Shown: positions 9,389 through 20,506 of the stretch, piece by piece
How positions within the stretch are numbered: the first letter of the stretch is position 1
Layout: each line of letters opens with the position of its first letter
Source of the DNA: Akkermansiaceae bacterium
GTDB taxonomy: Bacteria; Verrucomicrobiota; Verrucomicrobiia; Verrucomicrobiales; Akkermansiaceae
Length of the DNA stretch: 64,000 nt
Direction of reading: 5' to 3'
Assembly (NCBI GenBank): GCA_051251915.1
Contig: JBPOGF010000001.1
Location: 96,001 to 160,000 of the forward strand
The notes under the pieces: generated by a model
The model's database searches: none
What the model saw: the letters and a program-made list of their open reading frames with translations, nothing else
What the model was told of the DNA's origin: nothing
Made by a program: the position numbers and the translations under genes

Positions 9389-10810
9389 ATGAATCTATTA
9401 TTTCTCAATCCTCTCACATTGCTAGGATCTAGTAATGTACCAACGAGCTGGCCTACGTGGGGCGAATCTGGACTCTATGTATTAGGGGTGATTCTCTTTG
9501 TTGCTCTCAATGCTATTTTCGTAGCAGTCGAGTTTGCTCTGCTGAAGATACGTCTTAGTCAGGCTGAATCTCTAGTGGAGGAGCATCCTAAGAAAGCGGC
9601 ACGTATTGTAGCAGCTTTAGGTAATCTAAATAGTTATCTTTCAGCTTGTCAGCTCGGAATTACGATTGCCTCACTTATTCTCGGTCGTCTTGGTGAACCG
9701 TTTGTGATGAAGCTAGTGGGGCCTATTATGCATAGCCTCCCGTGGGATCTTTCGGATCAGTTCATGCACACCGTTTCCTGGTTGCTTGCGACTTTGTCCT
9801 TCTCTGCTGTTCATGTAGTGATCGGTGAGCAAGTGCCTAAGGTGCTTGCTATTCGCAAACCTACTGAGACCTGCCTGAGATACATTAATTTTCTTCATTT
9901 CTTCTATGTTATCTTTGGTAAGGCCGTGAACATGCTTAATAGTATCTCTAATTGGATACTGCTGAAAATGTTCAAAGTCGAGCCAGCTGGTCATGAGGAG
10001 GTTCACTCCGCTGAAGAGATAGCGCAGCTTGTGGAGATGAGTGAGAAACATGACGAAGTTACTGAGACTGAGCGTGAAATCCTGATCAATGCACTCGAAC
10101 TGAATGATGTCTTGGTAAAGGATGTGATGACTAATCGAAGAGATGTGATTGTTCTGGATGCTGATGACTCTATTGAGCGGACCATTGAGATAGCTGCTGA
10201 GACTAAACATACTAGATTCCCGCTGGTGAAAGGGCATTTTGACAATACAATTGGTCTGATTCATATCAAAGATTTCTTTAAAATTATCAACGATGATCAG
10301 CCTGACTTGATGAGTATTAAGCGCACACTTAAAGTGGTTCCGGAAACGATGCCGCTGGATGTATTGCTGAAATTTTTCCAGAAAGAACATGAACAGCTCG
10401 CTCTTGTGGTGGATGAACATGGTGATTCCTCAGGACTAGTCTTTATGGATAATGTGATCGAAGAGCTTGTCGGTGACATTCAGGATGAGTTTGATAACGA
10501 GACCAGCGCATTTACTCGCGTGAATGATAGTGAATTCGTTGTTGAGGGATCACTTACTCTGAACGAGCTTTCTGACCATGAGCCAAATCTGAATATAGTT
10601 AGCTCAGACGTGACCACTGTGGGTGGATATATCACCAAGGAATGCGGGAGTATTCCGGCGGTGGGTGAGGCGATAGAGATGGAGGGCTATGAGGCTCGCG
10701 TAACTAGCACTGATGGGCGACGTGTGGGGCAGGTGCATTTTACTAAGCTTGTGCCTGAGCTAGAAGGAGAAGAAGAGTTAGCAGAAGTGATCGTCGAGGC
10801 TAAATTATAA
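9389..10810 (+). CDS. Hemolysin-family CNNM/CBS/CorC protein (Mg/Co efflux-like)
   Basis: N-terminal DUF21 (NAIFVAVEFAL, CQLGITIASL, GEQVPK), CBS pair (HTRFPL, VVDEHG) and CorC_HlyC C-terminus. Confidence 0.9.
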   Translation: MNLLFLNPLTLLGSSNVPTSWPTWGESGLYVLGVILFVALNAIFVAVEFALLKIRLSQAESLVEEHPKKAARIVAALGNLNSYLSACQLGITIASLILGRLGEPFVMKLVGPIMHSLPWDLSDQFMHTVSWLLATLSFSAVHVVIGEQVPKVLAIRKPTETCLRYINFLHFFYVIFGKAVNMLNSISNWILLKMFKVEPAGHEEVHSAEEIAQLVEMSEKHDEVTETEREILINALELNDVLVKDVMTNRRDVIVLDADDSIERTIEIAAETKHTRFPLVKGHFDNTIGLIHIKDFFKIINDDQPDLMSIKRTLKVVPETMPLDVLLKFFQKEHEQLALVVDEHGDSSGLVFMDNVIEELVGDIQDEFDNETSAFTRVNDSEFVVEGSLTLNELSDHEPNLNIVSSDVTTVGGYITKECGSIPAVGEAIEMEGYEARVTSTDGRRVGQVHFTKLVPELEGEEELAEVIVEAKL

Positions 10811-10822
10811 GCTTGGTTGTTT

Positions 10823-11188
10823 TTAGACAGTGGAGCAAATCACGCCTATTGCCACGCTAAGGCAGAGAGTGAAGAAGATGAGATAGCGATCGGTCCACTT
10901 GAAGTCTTTTTTCCCGACGTAATAGAATCTCGCAATCATAAAGATCACCCCACAAGTGATCTTTAGAATCCATAACCAAAGGTGAAATTCTCGGGTGAGT
11001 GTGGCTTCAATAAAATCGCTAGCTGAAAAGAGTAGGAATCCAGCGGTAGCGATGTGGCAAGCGGTGCTGTGTCTAGGCTGTTTAATCACGACTATTTTCC
11101 TTAGTATTAGAGCTGCGATCAGCCAAATGATGGCCTCGGAGAAATTAAAGAATTGATAGAGATTCATGTATTTCATTGATGCTGACAT
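10823..11188 (-). CDS. Small hypothetical membrane protein
   Basis: About four hydrophobic helices; FNFSEAIIW and LFSASDFIE segments. Confidence 0.7.
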   Translation of the reverse strand: MSASMKYMNLYQFFNFSEAIIWLIAALILRKIVVIKQPRHSTACHIATAGFLLFSASDFIEATLTREFHLWLWILKITCGVIFMIARFYYVGKKDFKWTDRYLIFFTLCLSVAIGVICSTV

Positions 11189-11287
11189 AAGATAAGTGAT
11201 TGGGCAATCTGTGAACTTATTTGCAGATTGACTAATGCTTGAATATTACGATGATAAGTTTGCTTTCAATGTCGTTCTATCTTTATT

Positions 11288-14200
11288 ATGTCTAAAAAAC
11301 TCCTTATTTTTCTCGCGTCGTGTTCTCTCCAGTTGCCGTCAATGGCGCAAGTTGAAGCTGTTCAGCCTGATGCTAAATTACTCAAATACCATACGGTGTT
11401 ATTGAAGCGACCTGAGTCGACTGCTTTATTTCAGAGGTTCCAGACTGCTTGGCTGGCACAGTATCCAGAGCAGACATTAGAGAAATTTCTTAGAGAACAG
11501 TCAGTTGATTCAGCGGAAGGTAAGCAGCTTTTAGCGTATTACTTGTTACAGAAGGGTAGTGACATCGAGGCAAGTAAGGTTCTGAGTAAGGCGATAGCTG
11601 AGGAGGCGGGAAATCCGCAGTTATTGGTAGATAGGGCGCGTGCGTATGCTAGGCTGTTAGAATTCAATAAGGCACTTATGGATCTTGATGGGGCGTTGAA
11701 GTTAGCTGGGGATGATGAAAGCCTTACTCTGACGGTGAATAAACTGAAGGGGCGCTATTTGACAAGGCAGGGGAAGACGGATGAGGCGGTGGCGCATTGG
11801 CAGAAGCTGGTGAAAGAGAACCCGCAGGACCAGGAACTGAGTGAGGATGTGATCGATATCTTGATGGCGGACAGCTTGGCACCATCGGCGGTGAAACTAG
11901 CCAGAGACTTGCGTGATAATACTAAGGATCCGTATAAACGAGCACTAAGGACGCTCAGGATTAGTGATATTTTAGTGAAACAGGGATTGCGTGATGAGGC
12001 GTTGGAAACTTTGGATACTACACTTGAGTTGTCTGGTGCTAGTTCATGGCTTGAGAGGGAGATTTTAGGGCAAATCCAGGCGGTTTATAAACGTGAGGAT
12101 AATCTGGTGGGACTAACGACTCATTTAGAAAAATTATCGAAGGCGTATCCGCAGCGTGCGGCATTGAGGCTGAAGTTGGCTGAGGCATTTGGAGAAGCTG
12201 GTGACTATGAGAAGGCTAAGACGGTTTATCGAGATCTGCTCAAGGTTTCTCCGAATGATGAGGTGATGCGTACTGCTTATTTACAGTTGTTGATGCGTTC
12301 TGGTGATTACATGACAGCTAGACAGTTGATTGATTCCATGTTGAAAAACAATCCTACGAGTCCAGAACTGCATCTTCATAGGGCATCCTTGTCACACCAG
12401 TTGAAGGATAAGGAAGGGACGATTAAGAGTTTAGATAGTTATAAGAGTAATGTAGCTAAGAGTCATGTGAGTTCGCTGAAGTATGCGGAATTGCTGAAAA
12501 AATACGGGCATGATGCTGAAGCTGTAGCGGCTTATAAGAGTGTGATTACTGAATTTCCTGACTCGATCGTGGCGCAATTTAAAGTGGCGGACTTTTTGTT
12601 TCTAAGTGGAGACAAAGATGGAGCAAAAGAACTGTGGCTGAGTATTGCTAAGAAGGCGGATAAGACGAATATTGTGACCTTGTTAGAGAAGTTGGTTCAA
12701 AGTGATCAATTGAAATTAGCGAGTGAAATAGTGGCGGAGCATCGCGATCAATTTAAAACGAACGCAGCTTTTTTGATTTCAGCGATTCAAGTTTCTGAGA
12801 GAAATAAGCAACTGGATATCGCTCAGAAGGATGCTAAGTCACTGGTCATACTTTCTACACAGCCTATTGAGATTGATTCAGCAATCGCGACAGCATCGAG
12901 AATCATCGGTAAGTCATCTACTGCGGATGATGAGGTGAAACTGCTGAAGGCTAAAGCAACACGCACGGTCTCAGAGGAGTTTCTGCTAGCCAATCTTTAT
13001 GAATTAATCGGTGATGTGAAAAACTCTAATGAGATCATCACGGGCTTAGCTAGTTCTGAAGATCCGGTGGCTTTGTTACAGACAGCACGTATTTACGAAA
13101 GAAGATTTCAGTTGAGTAAGGCGGCTGAGACGATGGAAAAATTGATCACGCTTGCTGGTCAGCTCAAGGCAACGCACTTGAGGCATTTGAGCCAAATTTA
13201 CCAAAGAGGAGGTAATGGTGAGCTGGCGCTATCTACGATTCAGAAGTGGAAGAAATTGGCTCCTAACGACAAGCAGGTGTGGCTTGCTGAGGTTAGCTTG
13301 TTAGAACAAGTGAAAGGATCAGAGGCGGCGCTTGAGAGCCTGAGGAAAGGGGCGCAGAAATTTGAGAATGATACTGAGATTTATGCAAAGTTGGCGGATT
13401 TGAATCTTGATTTGGGACATTACTCGCAAGCTATTCTTCTTTATTGGAGGCTTTATGATGACTCTAATGATATGACTTCTCAGATTCGGTGGGCTTCTGA
13501 GCTAGCGAGGGCGCATCAGAATGATGGTAGGATGTCTGATCTGGTAGATGAACTGAATACGAGGAGGAGAAATTCACCAAAAGCAATCGCTCCTATCATG
13601 GCGTTGGCTGAGGTATACCGAGTCAATGATCAGATGGAAGAGCGTAGGAACTTACTTCTAGAAGCGACCCGACTCCGTCCTGATGAGGTTGGGATTCTTT
13701 ATGAGATAGCAAGTATTGATCACAAAGAAGGAGATCAGTCGAAGGCGATCGATATACTGCGAAAGGCTCAGAAGCTGGATAAAACAGGAACTGCGACGAA
13801 GAAGCTGGCACAGTTGTTGTTAGAGGAAGGGAATTTTGAGGAAGGATTAAGGGAGCTGACTAGTCTTGGAGATGGTAAAGATGATGCGAGGACTGTTGAA
13901 TCGATTGCGTTGAGTTTGATTTCTCAACAGGCTCATGATGAGGCTAAAGTGTATCTTGCTAAGCATTTGTTAGAGCATCCGGAGGACTGGAGGCTTAAAT
14001 TCATAGATTGTTTGTTAGATTACGAGCTTGGTTATGCACAGCGTAGTTTTGACACAGCCTTAGCGTTATTGGATGAATCTACACCACTTAAGAATATAAC
14101 CACTGGTTGGCAGGCAAATGTGGGAGCAAATGGGGGGATGATCGATTTCAAAGTTCTTCCGAAAGCTTATCAAACTTACTTTGTATTACCTACAGGCAAG

Positions 14201-17200
14201 CAGATGTTAGATCAGTTTATCCTTGGTGGTGGTAATATGTATTCCAGCTACTCGTATAGAAATAATGCTGGGTTGGTAGGATATTTGCCGCGGGATGAGG
14301 ATAGTTTGAAGGTGTTAGTTTATGCTCAGCTTGTGAACTTGCTGGATGAATTTGCTCCGAAGGAACAGGCCGAGAAAATAAAAATAATAGAGCAAGCTGG
14401 TCATAAGCAGATGGCTCTCTATACGGAGTTACTGAATGACAAGTCAGGTCAGAGTAATGGACGAAACTTTGGGATGCAGGAAGGGGCTGATGGTTTTCTT
14501 AAGAAAGCGCTGGTGAAGTATCCTGATGATAAATTTCTCAATAATTTACAGATGTTGCAGTTATTTTCGCAGATGCAAACGAAGTTGCCGAAAGAGCAGT
14601 TAGATAAGCTGTTGAAGTGGAATAAAGAGGAACCAGATTCTTATTTGTATGAAATAGCATCCGTATTCACTGATGAAGAAAGCAAACCAGAAGATTACCT
14701 CAAGGAACTGCTTGCTGAAATAAAAAAGGCAAAAGAGGTGTCAGATGTGAAGATGATGGCGGTCATGGTGGCGAGCCAGCATTACTTCATGGACAAAGAT
14801 AGCGGGATGCCAAAAGAGGTAGCAGATGTCTACCTGCGATATCAGGAAGAATCAAAAACTAAGGTCTCCTCAAACGCAGTAGGGGGAGCTTATGGATACA
14901 ATGTCAGTGCTTATGTAGAACAGGCGCTGAAGTTTATTTTATTCATGGGAGACGATTATGAGAAGATCGTCAAGGAACTCGAAAAGACTCAGTCTCAAGG
15001 AAGACAATATTACAGAGATAGAACAGCGGCTTTTCCTCCGCGAGGGTTAAGTAGTGTGAATGAAGCGCAGCTCGGGTTGTTATCAAAAAATCAATATGGA
15101 GGACCTAGTCTCAAGCCGAAGAGAGTAGGGGAGTCATTGAATCTCTTTAAAAATCCCGTTTTACGGTTGATAGCGAAACATTATGCAGATCCGAAGGCTG
15201 ATCTTTTACCTGATATTGAGAAGTTGAAGGGGCAGGAGAATTACGCAGCGGATGGGCATTTACTTCATGCTGGATTGTTACTTCGAGACGGTAAGCCACT
15301 AAAACTAAGAGTGGAGCAAATGGAGATGGCGAGGGCTAAATCTGTATCAAAAGTGCAGCGTCAGGAGCTGGATCAAACTATCTTAGCGGCAGCGCTAAGC
15401 TTTAAGACTGGGGAGGAGTTCAGTAAGGAGCTTAGTGAGGAGTCACAGGAGTCCATCCGAGGGACGGCTAGGCGGATGTTGCTCTCAAGAGCGATCACTG
15501 ATCCGACAGAGATCAACAATGTGTTAGAAAAACTTGGGATGCAGGCGGAATCAGCACGTTTCTTAACTAAGGATAAGCAATCAATTCGAAAGGCTATTGT
15601 GGCTAAAGGTGGGCTTACAGGGATGGTAATGTCATCAAGTGGAACGGTCCCACGTAGAACTAATAATACCACGAAAAGTGCGACACTTGCAGATAAGCTA
15701 AAGAAAGCGCAGCAAAAAAATAACGACAACTTAGCGATCACATTGCTGGAAACGGAGTTGAAAAAGCAGCTCAAGAGTAATAATGGAAATTACGAATTAG
15801 AGCAGACTAAATCGTTGATCCAAAGAGCTAAGTTGGGAGGAAAGATTTTAGAAAAATTCCATCCAAGGGACTCAACTAGTCCACGGAGATGGTTGAGCTA
15901 TTATCAAGTCGCTAAATTGTTAGAAAATGCCCAGGCGCAGCAACTGTCGATTGATTTTCTGGGAGGGCTCACGCATGTGCCGTCTCAGGGTAGGACGCCG
16001 TTGGCATTAGCTATTTATTCACAGAAGCCGGCTAAGGCTCTGGACTTGCTCAAAAAATCAAGGGATCTATCACCGGTTGTTTCTAAACTGATGGAGGATT
16101 TTAATTCGGTGAAATCTAAGCCTGTTCAATATTTAGCAGTCATGGAGTTCAGTGAGAAGTTCTTAGCAGAAGTGGATCCTGAGTCGGCTGCGGCTAGTCA
16201 GGTGAGTCAGAATCTGGATAGTATGATGAGTACTTACCTTTCTGTGAGTAGTGCTTATTACAGAGATAATAAACGTGAGTTGAATGCGGTGAAAGGCAAG
16301 TTAGCTGTCCGAAGGGAAACGGCATTCAAGGGATTATTAGAGCAATGTTTGAAATTTGGTTCGACCTCAGATCATGCTTTTAAGCTACTCCAGCATTTTG
16401 ATGGTGAGAAAGCTAAGCATGTGGATCAATTTATTGCTTATGCAAAATCTGGATTACTTAGCGCAGGGAATGGCAAGCCAGACATAGATTACGTGAATCC
16501 GACAATCTATAATGAGAACGCTGGTAGGATAGATTACTTAGTGAAGCATATCTTGAATGTTAAGAATACAGACGCTTTAGATGATGAGTATTTGAAGCAA
16601 CTATCGCTAGTGAATCCTCAGCTAGGGGCAAACTTGAGCATTATTAAACGCTATTTGTTGGCGGACGAGGCGGGGCTATTGGCTGGGATTAAGTCGATTA
16701 AGCACTCGGATGATTTGGTCATCTTTACGCATTGGAAGAATTTTCTAATGTTTAAGGGGTCTGCTAAGGTGAAGTTGGAATATGCCAAAGTTTTGTTAGA
16801 CTACATGGAGCATATCGATGAACAGGATCATGAATACTACAGGATGATTTATACTAGTCTGCAGTCGAATCCTAATAACGCAATGTATGGTGATGGTTTC
16901 CTGAAGGATGAAATCTCGTCAATCATCCCGATCTTGTTTGAAAATTCTCAGTTGAATAAGCTCATTAATCTAAATGATGGACTGGCTAAAAAAATCTTAG
17001 AAGGAGCAACGGATAAGCAGAAAGTATGGAAGCAGCATCAGAATACTTATTCATACACAGCGGGTGGCTTCAGAGTTATATTATTTAAAGCGTTGTCCCG
17101 ACAGCTATCGTTAAATCCGCTGACGCATGTGAGGAATGCTGATCTTTTAGCCAAGCATGAATATGTGATAGATGTAAATCGTTATAGCGGTTATAATAAT

Positions 17201-20200
17201 GACGATGTTTCTGATAGTCTTATCGAGTCACTAGTTTTGGCAAAAATCCTGACTTCGGTAGATGAGATTAAGTTAGAGAAGTTATCTAAGAAAACTGAGA
17301 AGAAAGAGGATATGTTTATGTCTGGATCTTCATCGCTTACGGCTAAGGATAAGCAATTTGACCAGTATGTAATTCAAGTCGTAGCGAGTGACTTTTCTTC
17401 GTATCAAAAACGTGAGAATTTTAAATTAAGAATGGCGTCGGTGCCGAAGAAACAAAGATACGGGGCTCAGTTGTTGCTCGCTGTTTCTGACAACATGGAC
17501 TTTGATGACTTTATTAGACAGAATGTGAAGGACATCCGTAAGGCCTCTAAAGAACATAAACTTGCTTTGGCTGAGATTTTCGATCTGAAGAATCAGGCGA
17601 AGCATCGGAGCTTTTTGAAGTCGAATAACTTTGGTGATTTATTACCAATGGAGAAATCTAATTTGGATCTTAAAAGTAGCCCTGAGACTGTTCAATTCTT
17701 ATCGAGGACTAAACCATTTGTTCAGAATGAATTTTATGCTGCGGAGACATTTATTAAGGAGTATATTCAGAATAATGTTTATACGGATTTGGAGACTACG
17801 TATAAGGTATTGGGACATTATGTCACTTTGTTAGAGAAGTCAAAGGGGGCGGGGCAGGCTCATTATAAAACGTCTGCTGATCATAGTAATTTCATTCAGG
17901 TCGCATTAACCGATAATGTTTTTGATAGTCTAAAGCGTCAAAAAGTAGATCAGCATTTATTGTTGAGGTTGGCGTATCGCCTTACAAAGCATCCTCTGCA
18001 TAACAAAATAGGCTTCCGCCTTCTCATAGCGACAACGATGCCAGCGAACTGGCATCAGTCCGTACCGGGTAAGAAAGGTCTCCCTGCGGTAGAAGTGATT
18101 CTGCTTGGTGCGGCTAAGAAATATAAGGCTTTAAAGAATGAAGATGAGAAAGCATTTTTCAAGGCGGCGTGGGGAGTTTATTTTACGAGTTACGAGTGGT
18201 ATCAAAAGTTGCATTTTGAGATAGGTTTTAAGCATGACTTCGTGCATGGCTTAGTTGAGAAGTATCCTAAGCATAATGAATTTTTTGAGATGGTAGATCT
18301 GCTGCGAAAATACGAATTTTACCCAGTGAATTATGCCTTATACTCATCTACGAAAGGCACTAACCTTAGAAAACAAGCACATACGAATCAGGACTGGTAT
18401 AGGAGTGTCAATAGCCCTGAGTTGGTAAAATTTGTATCTAGTCTGCCTCCATATTGTCGTGTGATTTATCTGTCTGCATTGACTAATAATAAGGGTTTCT
18501 TGCCATTTTTAGTACAAGATGAAGCATATGTTCCATTGTGTGTTAATTCTCTAAGTGATGCTGTAGAGGCAGATGCTGATATTGGTTATAGTAATGACTC
18601 TAGGTACTTACTGATGTTATATAAAGATCTGGGCGAGGTTGATGAGAAGTTGAAGGAGAAGTGGATGGATGCCTGTGAGACAATAGTGCTTAGCTTGATC
18701 CAGCATATTGATGAGCGGAATATGATTCACCAGAATCACTTTATCAACGCTTGTCTATCTTTGGCTATAAATGATGAGGGAGCTAAGAGATTAGATGCTA
18801 TTTATCAGAAACACCCCGAGAAGTTTTTGCATTTGAAAGATGTAGCTCAGATTTTCTTGGTCTACGGGTACTTGGATAATATCAAAGCGATTTTGCCGTC
18901 TCTTGGTAAAGGAGTATACCTATCACAGTTTGATAGGCTCTATCACACTGCATCGGTGGATGAAAATCTACCTAAGTTGCTCGCTATGTATGATTCAGAT
19001 GTTGAGAGGCTTGAGCTTCATGCATTGATGTTTATGAAGCCTTCCATCCAGATCACGGATAAGAACTCAAATCATTACGAGCGAGTGCAAGCTTTAGCTA
19101 AGGAGTATAGCAGAGTTATGAATCCTCAGAATATGAGGTTGTTGACGACGGTGTTTCACATCATTAACAAAGGGGCTTCTGCACAAGCGAGTGTGTTAAT
19201 GGGGGATTACTGGAAGGTACTTGAGAAAGCTAGGCCAAATTATTTCGAGGAGTATATAGCTTTGGCATTAAAAGGTGAAGGGGCCTTTCCGACTAGTACT
19301 GATGGCTATACCATGAGGGCTTATACTAAGTATTGTTTATTAACAAAGAGCAATGCAGCAAACATCAAATGGATGACAAATGCTGTGAATAAGACGTTCT
19401 CAAAAACTCCATTGCATTATAAGGCAAAGTTTTTCTTAGATAGTATTTTGGGGGCAGCTTATGAGACGATGCATGAACTCTATGCTGAAGGTAAGGATGA
19501 AGAACTTAAAAAGATCCTTCCTGTTATAAGAGCGATTAATAGCCTTACTGCTAAATATGATGGGACGAGGAATGCATCGTATTATTCTAGATACAGAGGG
19601 GCATACTATACGGGTAGATATAGCCCGATGGCGGTGAACCGGAACATTACGGCGTTTATTCACAATTCAGTAGGAGAAGTAAAGGCCTTTGAGCAATGGA
19701 AAAAGACGGTAAAGGGGAAACCTAAATCGCTATTATTAGCAAAGAGGAATCGGTTGCCACATGCGTATTCTACGGATATTTCTATATTAGGGTCCATCCC
19801 TGGTGAACCGCTGAATGAGAATTACATACAGTTTTTCAAGCGGCTATTTAACAATCAGTTTTATCAGCGATACGTGACTGAATGGCAACTGGAGTATGAT
19901 AATATTAGTGATATGGCAGACCGTGGGCAGATGACCTTTAAGCAAGGGCTAGATGTCTATGAGCATATCAAGATAGACTATAAGGTGCCGGCATTTGAGT
20001 CTGTTGTGATGCGAGATTTAGCACATTTTGAGGCTAGAGCTGGTAACCATGATAAAATGCTGAGTTATTATCAGAAGATGCATGAGATCCTGCTAAAGCA
20101 TCCGATTAAGAATCCTAGAAGTTACGTGAGAGGTTATCTGCACGCCATTGAAGACTTTGTAATCGCTAAGCGGTATGAGGAAGTATTGACCTTCGTGCCT

Positions 20201-20293
20201 AAGGAGGTGAAAGCTAAGTTTAATGATGGTGAGCGCAAAAGATATAATGAAAGTGTGAAGGATGCGACTGAGAATCTGAAAGAGAAGAAGTGA
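11288..20293 (+). CDS. Giant (3001 aa) secreted tetratricopeptide-repeat protein
   Basis: Signal peptide, TPR-like helical repeats over the first ~930 aa, uninterrupted 9-kb ORF. Confidence 0.85.
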   Translation: MSKKLLIFLASCSLQLPSMAQVEAVQPDAKLLKYHTVLLKRPESTALFQRFQTAWLAQYPEQTLEKFLREQSVDSAEGKQLLAYYLLQKGSDIEASKVLSKAIAEEAGNPQLLVDRARAYARLLEFNKALMDLDGALKLAGDDESLTLTVNKLKGRYLTRQGKTDEAVAHWQKLVKENPQDQELSEDVIDILMADSLAPSAVKLARDLRDNTKDPYKRALRTLRISDILVKQGLRDEALETLDTTLELSGASSWLEREILGQIQAVYKREDNLVGLTTHLEKLSKAYPQRAALRLKLAEAFGEAGDYEKAKTVYRDLLKVSPNDEVMRTAYLQLLMRSGDYMTARQLIDSMLKNNPTSPELHLHRASLSHQLKDKEGTIKSLDSYKSNVAKSHVSSLKYAELLKKYGHDAEAVAAYKSVITEFPDSIVAQFKVADFLFLSGDKDGAKELWLSIAKKADKTNIVTLLEKLVQSDQLKLASEIVAEHRDQFKTNAAFLISAIQVSERNKQLDIAQKDAKSLVILSTQPIEIDSAIATASRIIGKSSTADDEVKLLKAKATRTVSEEFLLANLYELIGDVKNSNEIITGLASSEDPVALLQTARIYERRFQLSKAAETMEKLITLAGQLKATHLRHLSQIYQRGGNGELALSTIQKWKKLAPNDKQVWLAEVSLLEQVKGSEAALESLRKGAQKFENDTEIYAKLADLNLDLGHYSQAILLYWRLYDDSNDMTSQIRWASELARAHQNDGRMSDLVDELNTRRRNSPKAIAPIMALAEVYRVNDQMEERRNLLLEATRLRPDEVGILYEIASIDHKEGDQSKAIDILRKAQKLDKTGTATKKLAQLLLEEGNFEEGLRELTSLGDGKDDARTVESIALSLISQQAHDEAKVYLAKHLLEHPEDWRLKFIDCLLDYELGYAQRSFDTALALLDESTPLKNITTGWQANVGANGGMIDFKVLPKAYQTYFVLPTGKQMLDQFILGGGNMYSSYSYRNNAGLVGYLPRDEDSLKVLVYAQLVNLLDEFAPKEQAEKIKIIEQAGHKQMALYTELLNDKSGQSNGRNFGMQEGADGFLKKALVKYPDDKFLNNLQMLQLFSQMQTKLPKEQLDKLLKWNKEEPDSYLYEIASVFTDEESKPEDYLKELLAEIKKAKEVSDVKMMAVMVASQHYFMDKDSGMPKEVADVYLRYQEESKTKVSSNAVGGAYGYNVSAYVEQALKFILFMGDDYEKIVKELEKTQSQGRQYYRDRTAAFPPRGLSSVNEAQLGLLSKNQYGGPSLKPKRVGESLNLFKNPVLRLIAKHYADPKADLLPDIEKLKGQENYAADGHLLHAGLLLRDGKPLKLRVEQMEMARAKSVSKVQRQELDQTILAAALSFKTGEEFSKELSEESQESIRGTARRMLLSRAITDPTEINNVLEKLGMQAESARFLTKDKQSIRKAIVAKGGLTGMVMSSSGTVPRRTNNTTKSATLADKLKKAQQKNNDNLAITLLETELKKQLKSNNGNYELEQTKSLIQRAKLGGKILEKFHPRDSTSPRRWLSYYQVAKLLENAQAQQLSIDFLGGLTHVPSQGRTPLALAIYSQKPAKALDLLKKSRDLSPVVSKLMEDFNSVKSKPVQYLAVMEFSEKFLAEVDPESAAASQVSQNLDSMMSTYLSVSSAYYRDNKRELNAVKGKLAVRRETAFKGLLEQCLKFGSTSDHAFKLLQHFDGEKAKHVDQFIAYAKSGLLSAGNGKPDIDYVNPTIYNENAGRIDYLVKHILNVKNTDALDDEYLKQLSLVNPQLGANLSIIKRYLLADEAGLLAGIKSIKHSDDLVIFTHWKNFLMFKGSAKVKLEYAKVLLDYMEHIDEQDHEYYRMIYTSLQSNPNNAMYGDGFLKDEISSIIPILFENSQLNKLINLNDGLAKKILEGATDKQKVWKQHQNTYSYTAGGFRVILFKALSRQLSLNPLTHVRNADLLAKHEYVIDVNRYSGYNNDDVSDSLIESLVLAKILTSVDEIKLEKLSKKTEKKEDMFMSGSSSLTAKDKQFDQYVIQVVASDFSSYQKRENFKLRMASVPKKQRYGAQLLLAVSDNMDFDDFIRQNVKDIRKASKEHKLALAEIFDLKNQAKHRSFLKSNNFGDLLPMEKSNLDLKSSPETVQFLSRTKPFVQNEFYAAETFIKEYIQNNVYTDLETTYKVLGHYVTLLEKSKGAGQAHYKTSADHSNFIQVALTDNVFDSLKRQKVDQHLLLRLAYRLTKHPLHNKIGFRLLIATTMPANWHQSVPGKKGLPAVEVILLGAAKKYKALKNEDEKAFFKAAWGVYFTSYEWYQKLHFEIGFKHDFVHGLVEKYPKHNEFFEMVDLLRKYEFYPVNYALYSSTKGTNLRKQAHTNQDWYRSVNSPELVKFVSSLPPYCRVIYLSALTNNKGFLPFLVQDEAYVPLCVNSLSDAVEADADIGYSNDSRYLLMLYKDLGEVDEKLKEKWMDACETIVLSLIQHIDERNMIHQNHFINACLSLAINDEGAKRLDAIYQKHPEKFLHLKDVAQIFLVYGYLDNIKAILPSLGKGVYLSQFDRLYHTASVDENLPKLLAMYDSDVERLELHALMFMKPSIQITDKNSNHYERVQALAKEYSRVMNPQNMRLLTTVFHIINKGASAQASVLMGDYWKVLEKARPNYFEEYIALALKGEGAFPTSTDGYTMRAYTKYCLLTKSNAANIKWMTNAVNKTFSKTPLHYKAKFFLDSILGAAYETMHELYAEGKDEELKKILPVIRAINSLTAKYDGTRNASYYSRYRGAYYTGRYSPMAVNRNITAFIHNSVGEVKAFEQWKKTVKGKPKSLLLAKRNRLPHAYSTDISILGSIPGEPLNENYIQFFKRLFNNQFYQRYVTEWQLEYDNISDMADRGQMTFKQGLDVYEHIKIDYKVPAFESVVMRDLAHFEARAGNHDKMLSYYQKMHEILLKHPIKNPRSYVRGYLHAIEDFVIAKRYEEVLTFVPKEVKAKFNDGERKRYNESVKDATENLKEKK

Positions 20294-20340
20294 AGACTAG
20301 GTGCTGAGGAGCGGCTTTTAAGACTTTATCAACATGTGTC

Positions 20341-20432
20341 AGGCTTTCAGCCTTCTTATTCTTTGGGGACTATTTACCCATGTTTTGCGCTTAGCTGACC
20401 ATGGGCTGAATATGTATTACCCTTTCAGGGCT
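20341..20432. repeat. REP-like three-hairpin intergenic element (copy 1)
   Basis: AGGCT-ttc-AGCCT, CCCATG..CATGGG and CCCT-ttc-AGGG hairpins between convergent genes; same layout as 58243-58335. Confidence 0.65.
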
Positions 20433-20506
20433 GGGGATTGCATTATGTAGATAGATTTTATTGCAAAGTGCTGGTTGCAGAGCGGACGAGGCTTCACGTT
20501 CTTTTT

